From NCBI GenBank assembly GCA_963779615.1, contig CAVZZA010000003.1, forward strand, positions 544,001 to 608,000: a stretch of DNA of 64,000 nt. The letters are read 5' to 3'. Below are positions 56,187 through 64,000 of this stretch, piece by piece; position 1 is the stretch's first letter; each line of letters begins with the position of its first letter. The notes beneath the pieces were generated by a model. It was not told the origin of the DNA, searched no databases, and worked only from the letters and a program-made list of their open reading frames with translations. The stretch comes from an uncultured Nitrososphaeraceae archaeon (GTDB lineage: Archaea; Thermoproteota; Nitrososphaeria; Nitrososphaerales; Nitrososphaeraceae). The position numbers and the translations under genes were made by a program.

Positions 56187-56202
56187 TTTTCGACGTCGAA
56201 AA
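56187..56202. promoter_or_regulatory. Perfect 16-bp palindrome TTTTCGACGTCGAAAA, copy 2
   Basis: Identical to 50536-50551; intergenic. Confidence 0.6.
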
Positions 56203-56477
56203 CTAGGCTCAAGAATTATTTGTTTCAATGTCATGGATGTCTGCACGCTCATTACCAATAAACCACAAAAAAAGGTGATTTGTTGACTAAATATAAAATC
56301 GAGAATGCACCATAATCAATATAACAAAGACCATTTCACCACGCCATTTTAATATATAAGAACAATAAATTGCAGGATAACTGGAATTACTAATTATTTG
56401 ACAAGGTAAAAAAAAGGGGAATTTTTTTTCAAAAAAATTGTATCGTGCCACCTAAAGAATTTTTATAGAATGCAGTA

Positions 56478-57452
56478 TTATTGTTTCTTTGCTATTTTGT
56501 AGACTGTAGCTAGCGTCATTTTTGTAACAGATGTTAAATAATCCCAATCTATCAGAGATGGAGTATCCGTAATGTCGTGATAATGAGGATTTTTGTGTTC
56601 GTCTGCTGATCCATCATAAGCCCCTATAACAACGAATCCTTCTGCTTCAAAAGGTTCATAATCGCTATTCCAAATCGAATCCAAACTCACTTCTAGATCG
56701 GTATAAGTGGACATATCTGCCATAATTTTCCCAAATTCAATAGAAGCCTGATCGTTGTCTCTAACTTGATTATGGTCCGGGTTAGCATGGTTGTCCCTCT
56801 CAATTATTACAATCCCAGGGTTGAGTTGAGGATAACCTATCATGTCTAGGTTTATCAATCTGAATATACCAATATCATTTTCTTTGACAAATTTTGCGTA
56901 ATTCTTGGAGCCCAATAGCCCTTGCTCTTCACCTGAGAATAAAGCAAACAATAAGGTGTATTCTACTTCCTTTTTATTTAATATGCGAGCTATTTCCAAG
57001 ACAGCAGAAACTCCACTTGCATTATCATTAGCACCTGGAGAAAGAGATACAGAATCGCTAAGATTTTTTATTCTAGAATCATAATGGGCACAAATAAGAA
57101 TGCATTTACTATTAATACCGTTCTTTTTACAAATAACATTTCTTAAATCATAATTGTCTCCCTCTATTTTTTCCGTATAATTATGAAAATCCACATCATC
57201 ATATCCCAAATTTTTAAACTCATTTTTTAACCAATCTGATGCTTTGTTGATTTCTTTTGATTTACTATTCCTTGTATGAAAAGATGACAACTTCAATAGG
57301 GTAGATTTTAGAGCATCAGTTGAAATTTCTGCTACTATTTTACTAATCTCGTCATCTGTTTTTGTTAGCTTCTCTTTTACAATAGGAACTGGCTTTACAT
57401 ATATGGATTTTGTCTTATTTGGAGAGGGATAACACTTTGAATCTCTACACAT
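56478..57452 (-). CDS. M28 family aminopeptidase
   Basis: AHYDS, GANDNASG, GEEQGL.GS, NLDMIG, SDY, PHYH. Confidence 0.92.
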   Translation of the reverse strand: MCRDSKCYPSPNKTKSIYVKPVPIVKEKLTKTDDEISKIVAEISTDALKSTLLKLSSFHTRNSKSKEINKASDWLKNEFKNLGYDDVDFHNYTEKIEGDNYDLRNVICKKNGINSKCILICAHYDSRIKNLSDSVSLSPGANDNASGVSAVLEIARILNKKEVEYTLLFALFSGEEQGLLGSKNYAKFVKENDIGIFRLINLDMIGYPQLNPGIVIIERDNHANPDHNQVRDNDQASIEFGKIMADMSTYTDLEVSLDSIWNSDYEPFEAEGFVVIGAYDGSADEHKNPHYHDITDTPSLIDWDYLTSVTKMTLATVYKIAKKQ

Positions 57453-57893
57453 TGTTGTTTGCCATCAAAAATTTTATTTAAGCATTATGTTCCAAATACC
57501 GCTATTTTAGTTTAGAATCTGAATGTGTTTGGTATACCAAGAGGTCATAGTTTTAGATGATAAATAAAAAGTCCAATCACGTCTTTATCATCATACCTCG
57601 ATGTCCACCTTTAAACGAACTGATCAGAATCCATTATTAAATTGAGGAACATAATAACAAATCTGATGCTATATATAAAAATAAATAAAGATAATAAAAA
57701 TCCAAATAAACAAAACGAGCTTTCTATCCAATGCCAAACTGCAATTTCTTTTGAATTAGCCTGACTGAATTTATTGCTAAAATCGTCTATGATATGCAGA
57801 ACCAAATCCATTTGTTTGGCATTATTGTCCTTTGATATCCAATAATCAGTATAAACAACCTATTCTCGCCATATGCACCAAAATATTTATTAA

Positions 57894-60561
57894 TTGCACC
57901 AACCATACATTTTTGATTTTTCTTTGAATAACAGCGAATTAAAGACCAATAGCGAATCACTTCATTCAATAGAGGAAATTCCCACCAATTATCCCCCTAC
58001 ATTGTTTTTTAACATCGATCATATGTGGCTTTCCGTTGAACCGGACTTTAATACAAAAACAATCTCTTGCGAACAACAACTAAAAATAACATCCCTACAA
58101 GATTTAGATAAAATCGAATTAGATTGTTCTTATAATGATAAACACAAAATAAAAATAGATTCTATCGATTACTCCGATGCATTAACCGGCGCAAATAATA
58201 AAAATTTATTGTTCCAACAATATAATGACAGATTATTGATTGAACTTGGATCAAAATTACCTGAAGGCAGTAAATTCTACATCATAATTAATTATTCTGC
58301 AAATGGGACAAAACCACCAGATGGTTTTGTTTTTATAGACTCGGGGAATCAACTAACCTTTCAAGCTTGGACTCAAGGAGAAACTACCGCTTCTAAAAAG
58401 TGGTTTCCCTGTTTGGACCATCCGCAGATTAAATTCCCAAGACAAATATCTATAACAGTCCCTGAAAATTTTATTGTTATTTCTAACGGAGAAAGAAACA
58501 TAATAGATCAAGAAATTTCAGGCCAACATAAAAAAAAATTTGTGTGGGAAGAATCCCGTCCAATTACCACATATGTCACCTCCATAGTCATAGGAGATTT
58601 CGCAGAACTTCCGGCAGAAAATTATAAGAATAGGGTACCTCTCCTATACTATGTACCACATAAACGAGAGGAAGACGGAATCAGGCTTTTCAAGAATACC
58701 TCTAAAATGATGGAGTTTTTTGAAACATATTTGGGTGCAAAATATCCTTATGATAAATATTCGCAAGTAACAGTTGAAGAATTTCAATTTGGCGGAATGG
58801 AAAATTCAAGTTGTACAACTTTTACAACGCGTATTTTGCCTGATGAAAAAACCACCCAGGATTCCAATACCTATGATTATGTGGTTGTTCATGAACTTGC
58901 TCATCAATGGTTTGGTGACTTGGTGACCTGCAGGGACTGGCAGCATATCTGGATAAACGAATCTTTTGCCTCTTACTTTGAGGCAGTATATTACCAAAGT
59001 GTTCTTGGAAATGATGAGTTTTACTATTACATGCAAACAAAAGTCGACGACTATTTGAACGGGGACAAGGATACAGTACACAACATTCCCTTGGTAACCA
59101 AGCATTATAATTTACCAATTGACATGTTTGATTATTTCCGTACCTATCAAAAAGGAGCCTGTGTTGTTCATATGATCAGATCCCTGCTAGGTGAAGATGA
59201 CTTTAAGAAATCATTAAAAGAATATTTTAGTTCGTTTAATCACAGAACAGCTGAGACCGATGACTTAAGAAAAATTTTTGAGCAAAACTCAGGGGTCTCT
59301 TTATCAAAATTTTTCGATCAATGGCTGTATCAATCAGGACACCCTGAATTAAATATTGAATTTTCAATTAATAACCAAACATTAAAAATAAATATTGAAC
59401 AAGTTCAAAGCAATGAATTTGAATTCCCATTAGAGATTATTGTAATCTTAGCAATGGAGGACGGCAGTGAAAAAAGAATAGAGGACGTTCTCTTTCTATC
59501 AAATAAACAAATGGAGAAAGAATATGCTATACCCAATGGAGCCACTATTAAAAGACATGTTATTGATCCTTACTTGAAGATATTAAAAAAAATAAACATA
59601 GTTAATCCTAATCCAAACAAATCAATTTTATTAAACAGTTTAGAGAATGGTGAAACCATTATTGAGAAAATACAGGCTGCACGAGCTTTAAAAAACAATT
59701 CATCTAGCGAATCAATCACTCCTTTAAAAAAAATAATCTTACAACAAGACATCCCATGGAGCGTTAGGGTAGAGACAGTAAAAACGACCGAATCAATCAA
59801 ATCTGATGAATCATATAAATCACTTGAAGAAATTCTTATCTCTATTAATAACAATAGTAACAATAACAACAACAAGGTAAAAGAGGCGGTGATTCAGGCA
59901 TTAGGATCATTTTCTAAAAATGGTACTTTTGATTTGTTAAAACCAATTATAGAAAATGATACAGAAAGTGATTCAGTCCTATCTGCTGCAGCAATCGCCA
60001 TCTCTAAATCCGGCAAAGAAGAAGTTTTGCCTGTTTTGGCGCATCTGTTAGAAAAGAAATCTGTACAAGTCCATCGTTGCAAAAGGAGCCATAGAAGGGT
60101 TAAAGATAACGGCAATTGAATCAGGAAGTAGTAAAAAAGTGGACTACATTGTATCCATGTTACATGAAAAATGCAAGGTTGAAGAGGACCCCTTAATAAG
60201 ACAAAAGGCTATTTCTGTACTGGGATATATTGCTAAACTTTATAAGGATAAATCAAATACGATTGACCTTTTAAAGGGTTTGTTAAATGACGATTCCATT
60301 CATATAAGGAACACTGCCTATGCAGCAATAGGCAATATCTTTGAATATAGTAAAGACGATACAATAATTCGGGAAATAGAAAACAAAACTAAAGACGAGG
60401 ATAATGAATTTGTCAGGCAAACAGCAAAGAGGTCTTTGAACATCATAAACAAAAGTTTATCACCAGGCAGCATAAGGTCGGATGACAGGTCGTTGTTAAA
60501 GGAGAAAAACTACAAAACAAGAATAGTCGAGGATATGGAAAGATCCATTGTTTTATATTAA
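57894..60561 (+). CDS. M1 family aminopeptidase with C-terminal HEAT repeats; frameshift at ~60063
   Basis: GGMEN, HELAHQWFG, NESFA, YQKGA. ORF 60139..60561 continues in frame after removing one base from TCTgTAC. Confidence 0.9.
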
Positions 60562-61273
60562 TACATACTATCGCAAAACTATTTTTTTACAAACAACAAC
60601 ACATTACGACAACTGTTAAAAACAAAATTTTTTTTTGGTTTAATTTCACATCCTTTTCAATATTCTTATTGGAACCATTGTTGAAATCGTATGAAATTAA
60701 AAATCAGAATCACAACAATATTTATCAGGTATTTTTCACAGTTATACCCATTTTTAATAATATGCATAACACCATCAAATACAAAACTGTTCTTTTAACA
60801 ATGTAATTCTTATAGAGTAAAGTTTAACAATATTTTGTCTTCAAAGATATGCAGTGAAACATCTGAATATTAAATCAAGAATCAAAACTAGGATGAATCA
60901 AAAAGGCAAGAAATTTATCAAAATATTTTTTAGAGCAATTAGATGTAGGCCTTCATCCTAAATCCAAAATCTCCATCTATAGAGGAATCATTGATTTAAT
61001 TCATATAATTGCTTAAGAACAGAAAAGAGGACTGGTAACATTACTTTATTAGAATCACCATTGAGTCACACAAGATAAATTTTTAGTAGTACAGGTCCAT
61101 ACATGCAATGGATTAAGCCCAACGGTCAGGTCAAACAGAGTTTAGGACTTACATAGTTATTAGTAAAGACAATAGTTGTTTACTTATCGGTTTATCAAAT
61201 ACTTATATATTTACACAAATATTTACATTATTCCACAAAATTCTTAATAATAACCAATAGCAATCAGAACATT

Positions 61274-62896
61274 ATGGATATTCGGCAATTAACAGGTTAT
61301 TACACATACAGAATTTTTATCAACAATCCAATACCTGTGAATGATTTTAACCAAATCAAGTTTGCAGAAGCAGAACTTTATTTACATGTAAGGTTGGACG
61401 GAATCACAAGTGGAGCTTTATCGTTCCCAGCCCAATCTGGGACTCCAGATAAGGCAATTATGGACATAGTAGAGGGAACTGCCAAAAACTTTGCAGATCA
61501 GTTTATTGCGGAGTTTACCGCAAAGGGGCGTCCAAATACAGAAATTTCCGGTTATTTATATTCTTATTACGGCACTCTTGCCCATTCATGGAAAGATGGA
61601 AAAGAGCAAGGATTCGCATTGACTGGAACCGTTTTGCGAATACAAGATCATGGCTCTGGCGACCAAATTGCCAAGGCAGGTGCGACAGCCAGTTTCGTTG
61701 CGGTTCAAAGGGAGTTTATTGAACCCAGGGACATACCAGAAGTAGCCATAATCCCAACTGCTCTTAAAATGGTATCTTCAAAAAGCCATAGACTGATTCA
61801 TGCAGTTTGGCATACCCTGCGTGGCCGGTTACGGGTTCCCGATGGCTCAGGAAAAATTGTAACCACATGGTATATTTTAGATGATCAAAGCAAGAATAAA
61901 ATACGGGAACTTGGGTGGTTTTTGGAGCGACCTCCATTTACCAAAGACGCATCGCTTATTCTCGACAACGGGGCTGGAGAAGATTTTCTTTTTATGCACA
62001 GGAAGATGATAACCATGATTCGCAAGGAGTATGAATCAAAAGGGATACCCTATATTCAAAGCTGGAAAGCAACATCTTTACCTTCACCCAGCACACCACA
62101 ATTCGCATATTCAGAAAAAGACGATCCGGCAAACCCGGGAAAAAAGATTTTTCAACTCAATCCTTTGGAAACAGGAAACATGGTACCATTGCCGCCTTTT
62201 GATCCAGAAAATGAAGACAACAATGTTATTGATTTTATGAAAACATCAGAATTCTTTAGCAACGCAATGAGGCATATGGCCAGTATATTCACTAATCCCA
62301 GATACCTAGCTGCTCTTTCACTTGGAGCGTTAGGAAACTTGATTGAATTTACCATTCACGGTTGGATGCATAATCGATGGGCACACGACAAGGGAGCTTT
62401 TCTGCCAGATCCAAAAAACGGAGAACCAAAATTTCGAGACACTTTTGATTTTGACCCCATGTGGGATGACCCCAAATATGATTATTTAGGGGAGTTTTAT
62501 TCGTCCCACGTGAATCCCTTGTTTTGGAGACTGCATGGGTGGGTGGATGACAGAATAGAAGACTGGTTCAATGCACATGAGTCAACGCTTCCAGGAGAAA
62601 TTGAAAGACATGAGTATGATGGCGTTTCTTGGTTTAAACCAGGTAAATGGGTTCAAGTGGAAAAGCCATTTTATTGGCCAATTAACACGCATCATCATTC
62701 CCCGGAGCACCATGATGTTGATGATCATGAGGCGACAGGCAATATCTTGAAGGTTATGGATATAATCAAAGATGCATTGAATAAACAAGTGACTCAAAGA
62801 GGAATTGCTGAGGAGAGAGCAGCACCAGCAACCAAAGTTATCTCAAAACCAGGAGGCTCCATGAGCTTTACACTCACCTCAAATATAGAAAAATAG
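61274..62896 (+). CDS. PvdP-like tyrosinase (N-terminal beta-barrel + type-3 copper domain)
   Basis: HAVWH, GEDFLFMHR, IHGWMHNRW, SSHVNPLFWRLHGWVDDRIEDW; His-rich C-terminal patch. Confidence 0.85.
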   Translation: MDIRQLTGYYTYRIFINNPIPVNDFNQIKFAEAELYLHVRLDGITSGALSFPAQSGTPDKAIMDIVEGTAKNFADQFIAEFTAKGRPNTEISGYLYSYYGTLAHSWKDGKEQGFALTGTVLRIQDHGSGDQIAKAGATASFVAVQREFIEPRDIPEVAIIPTALKMVSSKSHRLIHAVWHTLRGRLRVPDGSGKIVTTWYILDDQSKNKIRELGWFLERPPFTKDASLILDNGAGEDFLFMHRKMITMIRKEYESKGIPYIQSWKATSLPSPSTPQFAYSEKDDPANPGKKIFQLNPLETGNMVPLPPFDPENEDNNVIDFMKTSEFFSNAMRHMASIFTNPRYLAALSLGALGNLIEFTIHGWMHNRWAHDKGAFLPDPKNGEPKFRDTFDFDPMWDDPKYDYLGEFYSSHVNPLFWRLHGWVDDRIEDWFNAHESTLPGEIERHEYDGVSWFKPGKWVQVEKPFYWPINTHHHSPEHHDVDDHEATGNILKVMDIIKDALNKQVTQRGIAEERAAPATKVISKPGGSMSFTLTSNIEK

Positions 62897-63056
62897 CGAG
62901 CAATCATCCAATCCATGTCTTTTGTTTTATAAAAGAATTTGGACCGCCGCATCTGGACAAAAAGTCAACCATTTGGTCCTATGGTTTGTCGATAAAAAAG
63001 ACACCTGGTAGAAGACAAAAAGAGATTGCCAAAGCGTCAGTATATGACAATAGCGG

Positions 63057-63272
63057 ATGGCAAAACAAGTCCTTAGAACTTATGCAGACTATATGCCTAC
63101 AACGCCGTTTAAAGAGGGCATAAAGGAACTGATTGTGCTCATGGCAAAGCTTGATGATCCTCTTGCCATCATGTGTTCAGAGGCAGTGCCATGGCGTTGC
63201 CCTAGAAAGATAATAGCAGATTACCTTGTCATGGTGGGAGGGTATATCTGTCTGCAACATTATATGGAATGA
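63057..63272 (+). pseudogene. DUF488-family fragment
   Basis: YADYM...F.EGI...AIMCSEAVPWRC.R.IIADYL; N-terminus absent. Confidence 0.7.
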
Positions 63273-63646
63273 CTTTGGTTTTAGTCCTCACAAGTTAACT
63301 TCATTCACTGTTCACCGTGCTTATGGTATAATCACCTAACCCAAACTACAGGTTGTGCCCGAGAAGGCGTAAAACATCTTTAGTGCGTGACTCCACATCA
63401 CAATTGGATTGCTGATGCCAAGTTGCAGTATGTTCCAGCGGCATTTCGCAATGCTTGCCTGAAGATCTAAACCTGTTGTGCGGCAAGTTTTGGCGTTATT
63501 TTCTGTGCCACACCATATTCCCTCTCCTGCTGCTGTTGGTTTTTGCAGTGGGGTGATGGTATCAATCGATGTGGTCAAAACACGCGTACTTTGGAATTTA
63601 TCACATTGATTTAAAAAAAGAATACCTAACCGCACCAACCAATTGT

Positions 63647-64000
63647 TTACAGCAACTTTAAACCGCCAATGACACAATCAACCTCGTCTCTTCTTATCGG
63701 TCCGAAACCCACAACTATGGTCATGTTTTCACTCCACTGCGTTGCCTGATCGTCTTTTACAATTTTGACCGGAAAATGCAAGTTATGGGCCAAGCCCACC
63801 AACTTTGAGTGCAGTTCATCAAGCTCCTTTTCCGAGTTTACCTTTAGCACCATTTTTTGGGAGTTGTGGAACCTTTTCCACGTCGTGTAGGTAGCGTGTT
63901 TTCTTTGGATGCATTCCTCTATGATGTATTGTGTGGCGTGCCCAACGTGAACCGCTATCTTTCCTTTGCCCATTTTTATGTCATTTCGCACCAAAAAAAC
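63647..64000 (-). CDS. Peptidyl-tRNA hydrolase 2 (Pth2)-like protein, 5' end outside the window
   Basis: VRNDIKMGKGKIA..GHA, KMVLKV, VKD...TQ, VVGFGP, GLKLL. Confidence 0.8.
   Translation of the reverse strand, partial: VFLVRNDIKMGKGKIAVHVGHATQYIIEECIQRKHATYTTWKRFHNSQKMVLKVNSEKELDELHSKLVGLAHNLHFPVKIVKDDQATQWSENMTIVVGFGPIRRDEVDCVIGGLKLL

Noticed and set aside
62840-62896. Encapsulin targeting peptide on the PvdP-like or DyP C-terminus
   Set aside because: GGSMSFTL only loosely resembles the L.IGSL consensus, DyP has no such tail, and no encapsulin gene is in the window.
63336-63677. 113-aa minus-strand ORF after the Pth2-like gene
   Set aside because: Overlaps the Pth2-like gene and has no recognisable family.

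Overview
AT-rich archaeal accessory region. It most likely comes from a soil ammonia-oxidising archaeon (Nitrososphaeraceae, Ca. Nitrosocosmicus-like); this is inferred from BRE/TATA-type promoters close to start codons, thaumarchaeal-type IS5/IS6/IS630 elements, NHL/PKD surface proteins and an orphan ParB. No rRNA, complete tRNA or CRISPR array was seen. The window carries a bacterial-type oxidative and hydrolytic set: GMC oxidoreductase with a small partner, DyP peroxidase with an uncharacterised partner, LodA/LodB-like CTQ oxidase pair, PvdP-like tyrosinase, a decayed tyrosinase, a trypsin-like protease/NucA nuclease fusion, and M1, M4, M28, M35 and papain-like peptidases. At least eight IS copies or remnants are interspersed, and many genes are broken by one base. 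Most notable observations: (1) three direct copies of CCCGCTCAGTCCATCGA that look like a tRNA-Ala 3' end and delimit integrase-free cargo segments; (2) two signal-less proteases each beside an exported or membrane-anchored stand-alone copy of their own N-terminal (pro)domain, plus an M4/emfourin pair; (3) a LodAB-like system and a PvdP-like tyrosinase in an archaeon; (4) two copies of a perfect 16-bp parS-like palindrome near parB; (5) a membrane-anchored Ig-YEATS protein. All family assignments come from motif recognition by eye, not from database searches.
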